Shown: positions 34,741 through 45,026 of the stretch, piece by piece
Layout of the letters: each line of letters starts with the position of its first letter
Numbering within the stretch: position 1 is the stretch's first letter
Assembly (NCBI GenBank): GCA_964641225.1
Contig: CAZXKC010000003.1
Location: 1,177 to 65,176, forward strand
From: an uncultured Candidatus Saccharibacteria bacterium
Lineage (GTDB): Bacteria > Patescibacteriota > Minisyncoccia > UBA6257 > 1-14-0-10-44-23
Direction: 5' to 3'
Length of the DNA: 64,000 bases
Notes under the pieces: generated by a model
Seen by the model: only the letters and a program-made list of their open reading frames with translations
Told to the model about the DNA's origin: nothing
Databases searched by the model: none
Translations under genes and position numbers: made by a program

Positions 34741-35823
34741 ATGAAGAAACAGTCAGACGGAACGATGACAGCCCTGCTCAAAAACGAGCGCGGCGTTATC
34801 AAATCCCTCAAGCTCGCTGAGTTTGTAGAGGGTTCTCTTATAAAGAAAGGTCAGAAAGTTGTATATATTGATCTCGGACCGCTCGGTACCGGCGTTATTT
34901 ACGGCGCAGAGTACATGAACGCGGCTGATATCATCAAAAACTTAAACGTTGGCGATAAAGTCAGCGGAAAAGTTATTGAGCAGGAAAACGACGACGGTTT
35001 TGTTGAAATCTCACTCGCTGAGGCCGGCAAACAAAAAGTCTGGGCCGAGATTAAGGAAATGCGCGAGAAGGATGAGCCGATCGTGGTCAAAATTCTTGCT
35101 GCAAACACCGGTGGTCTTATGACCGAGGTAAACGGCATGAAAGCCTTCTTGCCGGTTTCGCAGCTTTCAAACGAACACTATCCGCGCGTACCAGACGGTA
35201 GTAAGGAAAAAATTCTTGATGAACTCAAGAAGATGGTTGGCACTGACATGCGCGTGAAGATCATCACCAACACGCAGAGCATGAACAAGCTGATCGTCTC
35301 TGAGCGCGAAGTTGCCAACGAAAACGTTAAAGAGCTCCTTAACAAATACAAAGTCGGCGACACGGTTGAGGGTATTATCTCGGGCGTGGCAGACTTCGGA
35401 GCCTTTGTACGCTTCATTGATCAGCCTTCCATTGAAGGACTCATCCACATCTCGGAGCTTGATCACAAGTTGATCGAACACCCGAAGGAGGTAGTGAAGG
35501 TAAACGACAATGTTAAGGCAAAGGTAGTAGAAATCAAAGATGGTCGCGTCAGTCTCTCACTCAAAGCACTTAAAGCAAACCCGTGGGACTCTGTTGCAAC
35601 GAAGTTTAAGGAGGGCGATGCAGTCAGCGGCGTGATCACTCGATTCAACCCGTTCGGAGCATTCGTAGCGCTCGACCAGGAGATCCAGGGACTCGTGCAC
35701 GTTACTGAATTCGGCGGCGTAGACGAGATGAAGGCAAAGATTGAGCTCGGCAAGTCGTATAAGTTTACGATTGGGTCACTCAAGCCAGCCGAGAAGCGTA
35801 TCATCTTAAAAATCGTAAAATAA
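34741..35823 (+). CDS. rpsA: 30S ribosomal protein S1 (four S1 domains)
   Basis: repeated S1-domain pattern (GxxVxGxV...GAFV...GLxHxSE) x4; own TTGACG-N17-TACTAT promoter at 34598-34630. Confidence 0.85.
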   Translation: MKKQSDGTMTALLKNERGVIKSLKLAEFVEGSLIKKGQKVVYIDLGPLGTGVIYGAEYMNAADIIKNLNVGDKVSGKVIEQENDDGFVEISLAEAGKQKVWAEIKEMREKDEPIVVKILAANTGGLMTEVNGMKAFLPVSQLSNEHYPRVPDGSKEKILDELKKMVGTDMRVKIITNTQSMNKLIVSEREVANENVKELLNKYKVGDTVEGIISGVADFGAFVRFIDQPSIEGLIHISELDHKLIEHPKEVVKVNDNVKAKVVEIKDGRVSLSLKALKANPWDSVATKFKEGDAVSGVITRFNPFGAFVALDQEIQGLVHVTEFGGVDEMKAKIELGKSYKFTIGSLKPAEKRIILKIVK

Positions 35824-35882
35824 ACTAATGGCGGGCAAGCGGCGAGAGGAGCTGCAAACCACGCGACACACTAAAAAAATAT

Positions 35883-36146
35883 ATGTTGACCCTCACACTG
35901 AAGAAAAAAATTATCAAAGAGCACGCAACAACCGACAAGGACACCGGATCAGTGCCTGTGCAGGTTTCGATCATCACGCGCCAGATTGAAGAGCTCACCA
36001 AGCACCTCAAAAAGCACCCGAAGGACAACCACAGCCGCCGGGGACTACTCATGATGGTCGGTAAGCGCCGCCGATTGCTTGCATACTTTGAAAAGAAGAA
36101 TGCGAAGGGGCACAAGTCACTCATCAAGAAACTTGGGTTAAAATAA
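35883..36146 (+). CDS. rpsO: 30S ribosomal protein S15
   Basis: HATTDKDTGSVPVQVSIITRQIEELTKHLKKHPKDNHSRRGLLMMVGKRRRLL typical S15. Confidence 0.9.
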   Translation: MLTLTLKKKIIKEHATTDKDTGSVPVQVSIITRQIEELTKHLKKHPKDNHSRRGLLMMVGKRRRLLAYFEKKNAKGHKSLIKKLGLK

Positions 36147-36246
36147 AGATGTTGCCTAGTTGCCTGGTTGGTTAGTTACTTAGGAAGACAAAAAGGCAAT
36201 ACGTATCTCCAAGCAACCAAGAAACTAATTAACCAAGCAACTACCC

Positions 36247-36867
36247 ATGAAACATCCGGAGCAACGCGTTGGAATCTTTATCGATGTACAAAACTTGTAC
36301 CACTCGGCAAAGAATTTATACGCTGCACGCATCAACTATAAGGAACTGATCAAGCACTTGGTTGCCGGACGCAAACTCGTGCGCGCTTTGGGATATGTGA
36401 TTAAAGCAGAGTCGGCAGTAACTGCAGAACAGCATCAACGCATCGAGGCGGGGGAGATCGAGGCGCGCGAGAAAACAACCAAGAGCGAGGCGAGCTTTTT
36501 TGAGGCCCTTAAACAATCCGGCATTGAACTGCGCATGAAGGACATTCAAATCTTTCATGGCGGCGCGAAAAAAGCAGACTGGGATGTTGGCATGGCTATT
36601 GATACCGTGCGAATGGCAGAAAGCCTGGACGTAATCGTCTTAGTGACTGGTGATGGTGACTTTATCCCGCTGATCGAATATCTGCGATCAGGACGCGGTA
36701 AAGTAGTAGAGGTTGCTGCGTTTTCACGAAGCAGCAGCAATAAACTCAAGGAATCGGCGGATCATTTTGTGGCACTCGATGATGTGCCGCGCGTGATCAT
36801 GAAACAGGCCGGTGTGCGTCGGGGTCTTCGCAGCAAACAGTCGTTTGCGCCGCCAGCCGACGAATAG
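36247..36867 (+). CDS. NYN-domain (LabA-like) protein
   Basis: VGIFIDVQNLY...DVGMAIDTV...VLVTGDGDFIPL NYN/LabA motifs. Confidence 0.7.
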   Translation: MKHPEQRVGIFIDVQNLYHSAKNLYAARINYKELIKHLVAGRKLVRALGYVIKAESAVTAEQHQRIEAGEIEAREKTTKSEASFFEALKQSGIELRMKDIQIFHGGAKKADWDVGMAIDTVRMAESLDVIVLVTGDGDFIPLIEYLRSGRGKVVEVAAFSRSSSNKLKESADHFVALDDVPRVIMKQAGVRRGLRSKQSFAPPADE

Positions 36868-36990
36868 CAGTTCATTAAAAATAAGTCGAATAATTAATTA
36901 GTAACGCTACGCGGCACGAACGAACTACGAAAGCTATGCTTTCGTACCGGATTCGTTCCGTGTGGCACACCGGTTAATACCGGGAAACAT

Positions 36991-39093
36991 ATGGATTTAA
37001 AAAAACAAACGTTCGAGATGGAGTACGCCGGCCGCAAGCTCAGCCTTGAGGTCAGCCGTTTAGCAGAGCAGGCAAATGCAGCAGTGATGGGTACCTACGG
37101 GGACTCAACCGTACTGGCGACGGTGGTCATGGGCAAGAAAGACAAAGAAAGCAGCTATTTTCCGCTGACCGTTGATTACGAAGAAAAGTTCTATGCCGTT
37201 GGTAAAATTTTAGGCAGTCGCTTTATCCGCCGCGAAGGAAAATCAAGCGAGGAGGCTGTGCTTTCAGGTCGTGTGATTGATCGCACGATTCGTCCGCTCT
37301 TTGATCACCGCATGCGCCGCGACGTACAAGTCGTGGTGACCATCTTGTCGTACGACGAGGATGACGATTTAGACTTTTTGGCCTTAACTACGGCGTCGAC
37401 GGCCATCGCAATCTCAGATATTCCGTGGGGCGGACCAGTTGGTGGCGTAAAAATTGTGCGCAAAGCCGGACAATTCATCGTTAATCCGAAAAATTCTCAA
37501 ATCGGAACAGACACCGAGTATCAAATCTTTGCAGCCGGACCGGCAGACCGTATCAACATGATCGAAGCCGAGGGCCTTGAGGCGAGTGAGGCGGATGCGC
37601 TTGAAGGATTTAAGCTCGCACAGAAAGAAATCAACACGCTCATCGATTTCCAGCAGATGATTGTTGGCAAAATCGGTAAACCGAAACAGACCGTGAAACT
37701 CGCTGAGCTTGATGCAGCCCTTAAGGCAAAAGTTGCTGCGTTTTTGGCTACAAATCTTGAAGCCTCGATCTACGCCAAAACAAAAATGGAGCACGAGGCC
37801 GGGCTCGCAAAACTAGAAGCTGATTTAATCGAGCATCTGCGCACGGAGGGTGTTGATGAAAAATTAATGAAGGCGGCTCACGATGTGATGGAGGAGATTA
37901 TCAGCGAGATCGTCCACAAAAATGCGATTTCAGCCGGTAAGCGCCCGGACGGACGCAAGATCGACCAGGTTCGCGAACTCTACGGTCAGGTTGGCTTACT
38001 GAAGCGTACGCATGGTTCGGCTTTGTTTATCCGCGGCAACACACAGTCACTTTCAGTGGCTACGATCGGTACGCCGGGACAGGAGCAGACAATTGAAACC
38101 ATGAGCTTTTCGGGTAAGCGCCGCTTTATGTTGCACTACAACTTCCCGCAGTACTCAGTCGGTGAGACCGGTCCGTTCCGCGGTCCAGGCCGCCGAGAAA
38201 TCGGTCACGGAGCGCTCGCAGAGAAGGCGATTAAGAATATGATCCCAACAAAAGAGGAGTTCCCATACGCCGTCCGCGTTGTCTCGGAAATCACCTCATC
38301 AAACGGCTCATCTTCAATGGCTACTGTTTGTGCAGCCACTTTGGCACTGATGGATGCTGGTGTGCCAATGAAAAAGCCAGTTGCCGGTATCGCGATGGGG
38401 CTTATGACTGACGCACAAGACAATTTCAAAGTCCTCACTGACTTGCAGGGCGCCGAGGATCACTACGGTGATATGGACTTTAAGGTCGCTGGCACGAAAG
38501 ACGGCATTACCGCGATCCAGCTTGATGTGAAGATCAAGGGACTCAACATGGAGATGATTAAAACCACGCTTGAGCAGGCTCGCGCAGCTCGTATGCAAAT
38601 TCTTGAGGTGCTCACGACTACGCTGCCGGCTCCGCGTAAGGAAATTTCTCCTTTGGCACCGCTGATTATGAGCGTCAAAATCCTGCCGTCACAAATTGGT
38701 ATGGTTATTGGCTCGGGCGGTAAAACAATCAATGGCATTATCGAAAAAACCGGTGCGCTGGCAATTGATATTGATGACGACGGCCTCGTATATGTTTCTG
38801 GTAAGGATAAAGCAACAACTATGGCCGCCTACAATGAGGTTATGGCGATCGTTAAGGAATATAAAGTAGGGGAGATCGTCGAGGGTCCGATCGTTAAAAT
38901 CTTGGAGTTTGGCGCCATCGTTGAGCTCGACGCCAACCACGACGGTATGATCCATGTCTCAGAACTAAAAGACGGCTTCGTGAAAAAAGTTGAAGAGGTC
39001 GTCAAAATCGGCGATCACGTCCGCGTCAAAATCATGAAGGTTGAGCCAAATGGCAAGATCGGGCTTTCACTGAAAGCTGTACCAAAGGCATAA
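36991..39093 (+). CDS. pnp: polyribonucleotide nucleotidyltransferase (PNPase)
   Basis: two RNase PH domains, KH and S1 domains; 700 aa. Confidence 0.95.
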   Translation: MDLKKQTFEMEYAGRKLSLEVSRLAEQANAAVMGTYGDSTVLATVVMGKKDKESSYFPLTVDYEEKFYAVGKILGSRFIRREGKSSEEAVLSGRVIDRTIRPLFDHRMRRDVQVVVTILSYDEDDDLDFLALTTASTAIAISDIPWGGPVGGVKIVRKAGQFIVNPKNSQIGTDTEYQIFAAGPADRINMIEAEGLEASEADALEGFKLAQKEINTLIDFQQMIVGKIGKPKQTVKLAELDAALKAKVAAFLATNLEASIYAKTKMEHEAGLAKLEADLIEHLRTEGVDEKLMKAAHDVMEEIISEIVHKNAISAGKRPDGRKIDQVRELYGQVGLLKRTHGSALFIRGNTQSLSVATIGTPGQEQTIETMSFSGKRRFMLHYNFPQYSVGETGPFRGPGRREIGHGALAEKAIKNMIPTKEEFPYAVRVVSEITSSNGSSSMATVCAATLALMDAGVPMKKPVAGIAMGLMTDAQDNFKVLTDLQGAEDHYGDMDFKVAGTKDGITAIQLDVKIKGLNMEMIKTTLEQARAARMQILEVLTTTLPAPRKEISPLAPLIMSVKILPSQIGMVIGSGGKTINGIIEKTGALAIDIDDDGLVYVSGKDKATTMAAYNEVMAIVKEYKVGEIVEGPIVKILEFGAIVELDANHDGMIHVSELKDGFVKKVEEVVKIGDHVRVKIMKVEPNGKIGLSLKAVPKA

Positions 39094-39200
39094 CATCTGA
39101 TTATGCACTCCATAAAGCCCCGCATAGCGGGGCTTTATGTTATTATTAGCGTTAATACGGCGTATATGTCGCATACGCTAAAACCATTTATTAGTACATC

Positions 39201-40286
39201 ATGCCAGATCCAATCGTTCCTCCAACGGGCTCACCGCAACCAGGACAGATCCCGTCATCAACTCAGCCGCTTACGCCCGCTGAACAGCAAATTCGAATTA
39301 TGCGCGGCGATCTTGGTGCACCGCCGACCCCAATTAAACCCGCAGGCGAACCAAAGCTCAATATTCCACTAACCGGCGCGCCGCCGGCAGCTGCGACACC
39401 GGGTAAGCCGTTATTTGATGCCGACGAACCTGTATTTACGCCAAACACGGCAAATATTCCGCCTATTCAAGGAAAGGCGAGCCCGGTTTCCGGTACGCAG
39501 ACGATTACTGCCCCGTCAGTAGACGCGCTGATTGCCGCGCAACATGGTAGAAAAAAAACAGGCATGCTTGTAGGCGGCCTTGTGGGCTTGGTTGTCTTGG
39601 CTGGGATCGGGTATTTCGTATATCCGATGCTCACTAAAACACAGGAACCTGCACAGCAACCAACGCAGCCTGTGATTCCTATCCCGGTTACTACGGCACC
39701 GGCCGAACCAATCGTGCCAGCACAGCTGGCGTTTCCGTCGCTCTTTAAAAATGAGCCGGTGAAACGCACCACCCTCGTTGCGCCTGAGCCGCTGACCGTT
39801 GCTGCACTTAACGAGACGCTTGCTCCTGCCGCCGCTCCAGCCGGATCAGCCGAAGCATTATATACCGATGCCTCCAGCACGCCGCTGAGCTTTGTAAAAC
39901 TCATAGGAGTTCTGGCGCCTTCACTGAAAGATCAAACTGCAATCATTTTTAACGGACAAGTGAGCGTATATGTCTACACCGATGAAACTGGTCACTGGCC
40001 GGGCTATGTTGCTAAAATCAACCCTAGCTCAACGCCACAACAGATCAAAGACTGGTTCACCGCACTGGAAAATACATCTGCCAAGAAAAACTTCTTTATC
40101 GGTAATCCTGGCACCCTTGGAGCATTCAAAAATGGTACGGTCAATAATACGTATCCCGACCGTTACTCAACTGGAACAACCAAAGGAGCTTCATTCGGCT
40201 ACCTTATCCTACCGGAGGAGGGAATTATACTTATCAGCACCTCATATGCAGGTATGCGCGATGGCTTGCGACTACTTGGCCATTAA
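39201..40286 (+). CDS. Pro/Ala-rich membrane-anchored hypothetical protein
   Basis: ORF track; single TM (VGGLVGLVVLAGIGYFVY); low-complexity N-terminus. Confidence 0.4.
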   Translation: MPDPIVPPTGSPQPGQIPSSTQPLTPAEQQIRIMRGDLGAPPTPIKPAGEPKLNIPLTGAPPAAATPGKPLFDADEPVFTPNTANIPPIQGKASPVSGTQTITAPSVDALIAAQHGRKKTGMLVGGLVGLVVLAGIGYFVYPMLTKTQEPAQQPTQPVIPIPVTTAPAEPIVPAQLAFPSLFKNEPVKRTTLVAPEPLTVAALNETLAPAAAPAGSAEALYTDASSTPLSFVKLIGVLAPSLKDQTAIIFNGQVSVYVYTDETGHWPGYVAKINPSSTPQQIKDWFTALENTSAKKNFFIGNPGTLGAFKNGTVNNTYPDRYSTGTTKGASFGYLILPEEGIILISTSYAGMRDGLRLLGH

Positions 40287-40297
40287 ACACACGGCCC

Positions 40298-40567
40298 ATG
40301 CCAGATGCTACACGCGACATAACACTACGCACACTGGCGGCAGACGCAGGTGCAATTTCTCAGAATACGCACCCGCAAGGATCACGGATAACGTTGCACA
40401 TTAAAACAACTGCTGCACCTGCTGAGACGCTGGGGCAGCCCGCGGCAGAAAAAAAGCGCAGCCCGCTGATAATAATTCTTGTTGTTATATTTCTCCTGGG
40501 TGCACTTGGAGGAGGTGGGTATTTTGTCTACAGAAGCATCACAATCCCTTACGCGGCACCGCAATAA
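40298..40567 (+). CDS. small membrane hypothetical protein (89 aa)
   Basis: ORF track; C-terminal TM. Confidence 0.3.
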   Translation: MPDATRDITLRTLAADAGAISQNTHPQGSRITLHIKTTAAPAETLGQPAAEKKRSPLIIILVVIFLLGALGGGGYFVYRSITIPYAAPQ

Positions 40568-40581
40568 AGCTGCCTAGAATT

Positions 40582-42135
40582 TTATGCCGACTCACGCAGA
40601 CGATACGTAAACGCCTCGGCAAGATCTTTCTGAAGCACGCTATCGCGCCCCTCAAGATCAGCAATCGTCTGCGCTGTTTTTAAGACACGATACATGCCGC
40701 GCGGGGAAAGCAAATTTTTAGTCGTAATTGAGCGGATAAAAAGCTCGGCCGCCTCATCGAGCGCGATTAAATCATCAACCTCTTTTGATGTCATTTCGTT
40801 ATTGAGCCGCAACGCGCCGCTGGCACTTTTACCCAGACGCTTGCCTTGCGTAGCCCGTGCTGCGCGCACTTTTGCGCGCATATCTAAGAGCTCCTGAGGA
40901 TCGGCCTTTTCTTTTTTGCGTAATGCCTCAACGGCAACACGCGGCACTGCAATTTGTAAATCAATACGATCCAGTAGTGGCCCGGAAACCTTCTTTTGAT
41001 ACCTGATAACCTCATACGGATTACAACTGCATGCTTTTTGTTCATCGCCATAATATCCGCACGGACACGGATTCATAGCCGCAACAAGCATAAAGCGCGC
41101 CGGAAACGTAAGCGTTCCTTGAACGCGTGTCACGATCGCTTTACCGCTTTCAAGCGGCTGCCGCAGCGCCTCTAATAAATCACGGCGAAATTCCGGCAGT
41201 TCATCGAGAAATAATACGCCTCGATGCGCCAAACTAATTTCTCCGGGTTTTGGGTGACTACCGCCGCCGACCACTGAGACAGGGGAGGAGGTCTGGTGCG
41301 GAGAACGAAACGGGCGAGCCCCAATATAAGGTGCGCTCCCTAATAAACCAGCGGCGCTATAAATTTGAGTAACCTCAATAATTTCAGCGATATCCGGATC
41401 AGGTAACAACGATAGCATTGCCTGAGCAAGCATAGTTTTCCCGGTGCCGGGTGGACCAACCATGAGCAGGTTGTGCCCACCGGCGGCGGCAATCATCAGC
41501 GCACGCTTGGCGGAATCTTGGCCTTTAATATCTAAAATTGTTCCGCCCTCAGCCAGCATCGGCTCGGGGAGCGTCGCTGGCTGCGGCGTAATCTGCTTTT
41601 TGCCCTCCAAGTGACCAATCACATCAGAAAGCGTTCCAACTGGAAGCACGACTACGTTTGGAATCATTGCCGCCTCACGAGCATTAACTGTCGGTACGAC
41701 TAGATATGGCATACCCTCATGCACAGCAAGGCGGGCGATGTTCATCACGCCGTTAACAGGACGCAGGCTACCATCAAGCGCAAGTTCGCCGGCAAATAAA
41801 TATTCAGCTGTTTTAAATTGTTTTATCTGACCGCTCGCAAGCAAAAAACCAACGGCAATTGCTAAATCATATTGACTGCCGGTCTTTTTAACATCTGCTG
41901 GGGCTAAATTCACAACCACTTTTCGATTTTCGCGCGAAGGCGGCATGACGCCAACATTTTTGAGCGCGGCATTGATACGTTCCTTTGATTCTGCCAGCGC
42001 CTTGTCGGCAAGTCCGACGATGGTAAATGAGTGCAATCCTGTGTGCACATCAGTCTCTACCTCGATAAGGCGTGCATCAATACCGTCTAACTCAGCAGAG
42101 AAGACTTTTGAAAGTGAACGTTTTGTAGAGGGCAT
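40582..42135 (-). CDS. comM: YifB/ComM family Mg-chelatase-like AAA+ ATPase
   Basis: Lon-like N-terminal, ChlI-type AAA+ (GPPGTGKT), C-terminal Mg-chelatase domain; 517 aa. Confidence 0.85.
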   Translation of the reverse strand: MPSTKRSLSKVFSAELDGIDARLIEVETDVHTGLHSFTIVGLADKALAESKERINAALKNVGVMPPSRENRKVVVNLAPADVKKTGSQYDLAIAVGFLLASGQIKQFKTAEYLFAGELALDGSLRPVNGVMNIARLAVHEGMPYLVVPTVNAREAAMIPNVVVLPVGTLSDVIGHLEGKKQITPQPATLPEPMLAEGGTILDIKGQDSAKRALMIAAAGGHNLLMVGPPGTGKTMLAQAMLSLLPDPDIAEIIEVTQIYSAAGLLGSAPYIGARPFRSPHQTSSPVSVVGGGSHPKPGEISLAHRGVLFLDELPEFRRDLLEALRQPLESGKAIVTRVQGTLTFPARFMLVAAMNPCPCGYYGDEQKACSCNPYEVIRYQKKVSGPLLDRIDLQIAVPRVAVEALRKKEKADPQELLDMRAKVRAARATQGKRLGKSASGALRLNNEMTSKEVDDLIALDEAAELFIRSITTKNLLSPRGMYRVLKTAQTIADLEGRDSVLQKDLAEAFTYRLRESA

Positions 42136-42149
42136 ACTAAGATGAACTT

Positions 42150-42509
42150 TTAACGCATCGAAGACTTGCAGGCTTTGCAGTAGCGGCTCTCCGGATCTAT
42201 TTCAAGCAATTTCTGTTCGATCTCTTTACCGCACTTTTCACAAATACCATATTTGCCCTGCTCCATCTTTTGGAGCGCATCGTCAACGCGGTGAGCGCGT
42301 CGCTTCAGTGTCTCTACCATTCCGGCTTGAGCAACCATCTCGGTTGCCTCATCGGCCTCCTCTTCAAACGAATCAACGTCATCGCCCATATCAACGGGCT
42401 TTCGAAGCTTAGCAATCTGATGCGCAAGCGCATCTTTAACAACAAGCAGCTGTTTTTTGAAGTAGCCAATGAGTTTTATATCCATGCAGTAATGGTAACA
42501 AGCGCCCAT
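42150..42509 (-). CDS. DksA/TraR-family C4 zinc-finger protein
   Basis: coiled-coil plus CEKCG...CKAC C4 finger. Confidence 0.55.
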   Translation of the reverse strand: MGACYHYCMDIKLIGYFKKQLLVVKDALAHQIAKLRKPVDMGDDVDSFEEEADEATEMVAQAGMVETLKRRAHRVDDALQKMEQGKYGICEKCGKEIEQKLLEIDPESRYCKACKSSMR

Positions 42510-42522
42510 TATTTAGGCAAAC

Positions 42523-44007
42523 CTAGGCCGTCGGAGGAGTTTGCATCTTATCTGCGCTGCCCATCGCAGCAACACGGCGCATCAATTCTTCGCGTTCAGC
42601 CTCGTTTAATTCGATAGGCTTGCTGCCATCTTGTTTCTCAAGTTGATCAATTTTCTGAGAAGGTGTAAGAGTCGAGAAGCTTTCAGTTGGCTCAGTAGCC
42701 GGTACATCAGAAATCTCCTTACTCAGATCAACTTTTTTATTAAATGCGGCCTCTAGCAAGCCCTCAATTCGCTCCTCAACAAAGGCGCTGCCTTTGGCTG
42801 CAAGCTCAACTCCTGCACCAACTCTTTTGAGCATAGAAAAGGCACCGCTGGCTAATTTACCTAAAAATGAGACTGCACCAATCGCTTTAAGCTTATTCAT
42901 AAAGCCGCCTTCGGCTTTGCCTTTTTTTGCCGCCTCCATCTGCGCTGTAAATGTAGCGAGCGCAGCATCAATACCAGACTTAGAATCTACTGGTTGCGAG
43001 GTTCCGTTTAAAAACATCTCTCTGAGCGTCTTTTGCGCCTCGTTTTGAGCCTCGGTGGTAGCGACTCCACTGAGTAATTCTAAATTTTTTACAACCTGAC
43101 CAAGCCTCTGTTGTGACTCAGGGTCACTTTTTTCTGCGGCAATACGGGCGAGGTCAACTGAAAACTCAAGAATGGCAACTTTAGAAAGCGTATCTGTTAT
43201 CGTCTCTTGTGTATTTTTTTGAGCCTCAGGAGCAGGAGAGGGTGCCGCCTCTGTAGGAGCTGCTGAAACTACGCGACTTGTTTCAATCTTCTCAAGCAGC
43301 GCTATAAAACTAAAGCCTGTGTTTTTCTCAGGAGCCTTTGGTGCAGACGCAGCAGGCTCTTCGCGCAACACCTCAGCAATAATCTGCTGAGCATCGGTAC
43401 TGACACCATCAAAATCAAGCATGGCGGCGGCTTCAAGCGAACGACGTAGTGCGAGCTGTTTTATATACCCGCCAAGCACCTCGATAGCCGTTGGCACAGC
43501 AAGGTCCTTGTTTTCCTGACTGAGAGCAGCAAGCGCACGCCCAGTTGACTCCTCCATAGCCTTATCAAGCACACCTGCATACTCATTAATCATTGCGCTA
43601 CGCTCCTGCTTGAGCTTGGTAAATTCTTCCGTACCAGCAGCGTCCAGAGACCCCTTACTCGCGAACATCTCAAGCTTTTTCTGCAGACTGAGCATCTGCA
43701 AACTCATTGCCGTACCCATTAAACTGGTACGGTCTAAAAATTCAGAATTCTCAAGTGATTTGCCCGACTCTTTTGCCTTTTGATCAAACGTAGTGAGTCT
43801 AAGCGCGGCAACATCTTTCTCTTTAGTTAAACGGTCAACGGCTGCCTCAGGAGTTTCTGGCGTAGCAATCAGCTCTGCGTGTACTTCGGGAGATTTTGCA
43901 CCCAGCTCAAATGTTGTCGGGCCAGAAAGCGACGAAGAACCTACCTGTGAGGTATCTGCCGCATCTGTCTTAGACACTTTCTGAATCTCCTCGATAGTTC
44001 CTGGCAT
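42523..44007 (-). CDS. acidic Ala-rich coiled-coil hypothetical protein (494 aa)
   Basis: ORF track; no motif. Confidence 0.4.
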   Translation of the reverse strand: MPGTIEEIQKVSKTDAADTSQVGSSSLSGPTTFELGAKSPEVHAELIATPETPEAAVDRLTKEKDVAALRLTTFDQKAKESGKSLENSEFLDRTSLMGTAMSLQMLSLQKKLEMFASKGSLDAAGTEEFTKLKQERSAMINEYAGVLDKAMEESTGRALAALSQENKDLAVPTAIEVLGGYIKQLALRRSLEAAAMLDFDGVSTDAQQIIAEVLREEPAASAPKAPEKNTGFSFIALLEKIETSRVVSAAPTEAAPSPAPEAQKNTQETITDTLSKVAILEFSVDLARIAAEKSDPESQQRLGQVVKNLELLSGVATTEAQNEAQKTLREMFLNGTSQPVDSKSGIDAALATFTAQMEAAKKGKAEGGFMNKLKAIGAVSFLGKLASGAFSMLKRVGAGVELAAKGSAFVEERIEGLLEAAFNKKVDLSKEISDVPATEPTESFSTLTPSQKIDQLEKQDGSKPIELNEAEREELMRRVAAMGSADKMQTPPTA

Positions 44008-44076
44008 AAATATTTAAAAATTAATGGCTGCGATTACAGTAATGATAGATTGAAGACTGTTTGTTGTAAACCAAGC

Positions 44077-44925
44077 CTATACAAGCTCTTTCTGTCGATC
44101 TTTTTTAGATCTGCGCGATTGATCAGCGCCCTCTTCGCGCTGCCCCGTCTGGCCCTTCGGGGCCTGCGGATATAATCCTTCACGCTCGAGCGGAGCCCCT
44201 GGGGCCGCTGGTCCTTCGCCTCGATCTGCGCGCTGCTTAACCTTATCCAATATATCCTCAGAATCAGAACCGGAGACTGCGGATCGGTTTTCTCCTGTAA
44301 GATCGCGCTCTTCGGGAGAGGCGCCTCCAGCATACTGCCTACCGATACCAACATCGCCGCCGGCAGTAGCAGTTCGAGCCCCGCCGCCCACGTTTGCAGC
44401 ACCCTTGACCGCGCCAGTTGCAGCGCCACCTTTAGCTCCACCGACAATTTCCATGGCCTCGCCGGCAACAGCACCTTTAACGTCCTGCTTTTCATTAACA
44501 ACTTTATTTGCGGCACTCACGCCGGCAGCAACAAGCTGGCCCTCGCCTGGAATTTGCTTCACTACATCGGCAACTGGGGCGAGAGCCTTAAGGGCTTTGC
44601 CGGCACGCTTCGCAATCTGCTGACGGATAAAAACCGTGATCACAAAACCACTACATGCCGGCAGCAGGGGGACCATGCCGCCGATTAAAGCCACTGTCAC
44701 AATACCCCCAGAAACATCTATACCAGTAAGATAAAAAAATAGCCAAAATCCGGCAATGCACACATCGATAACAATGCCTCCGACAACCGGTATCCAAAAA
44801 AACATCAGATCAATTAAAACGGCAAGCCCCAGCAGAAGAATAAAATCAACAAAATCGAGCTCTTTTTTCTTTTTTTGAGACTGCTCTTGTTGCTCGTCGT
44901 TTTCCTGGAGGGTATCGTTGGCCAT
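44077..44925 (-). CDS. membrane protein with Gly/Ala-rich C-terminal region (282 aa)
   Basis: ORF track; 3-4 TM; low-complexity tail. Confidence 0.4.
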   Translation of the reverse strand: MANDTLQENDEQQEQSQKKKKELDFVDFILLLGLAVLIDLMFFWIPVVGGIVIDVCIAGFWLFFYLTGIDVSGGIVTVALIGGMVPLLPACSGFVITVFIRQQIAKRAGKALKALAPVADVVKQIPGEGQLVAAGVSAANKVVNEKQDVKGAVAGEAMEIVGGAKGGAATGAVKGAANVGGGARTATAGGDVGIGRQYAGGASPEERDLTGENRSAVSGSDSEDILDKVKQRADRGEGPAAPGAPLEREGLYPQAPKGQTGQREEGADQSRRSKKDRQKELV

Positions 44926-45026
44926 TACCGTTCATTATACACTCTCGCTCAATAGAGCGCAGTTCGAATTTTGCAACCACTACCTTGCGATGAGTCCGGT
45001 TGTAAAACTCGAACTGCGCGAAGGCC

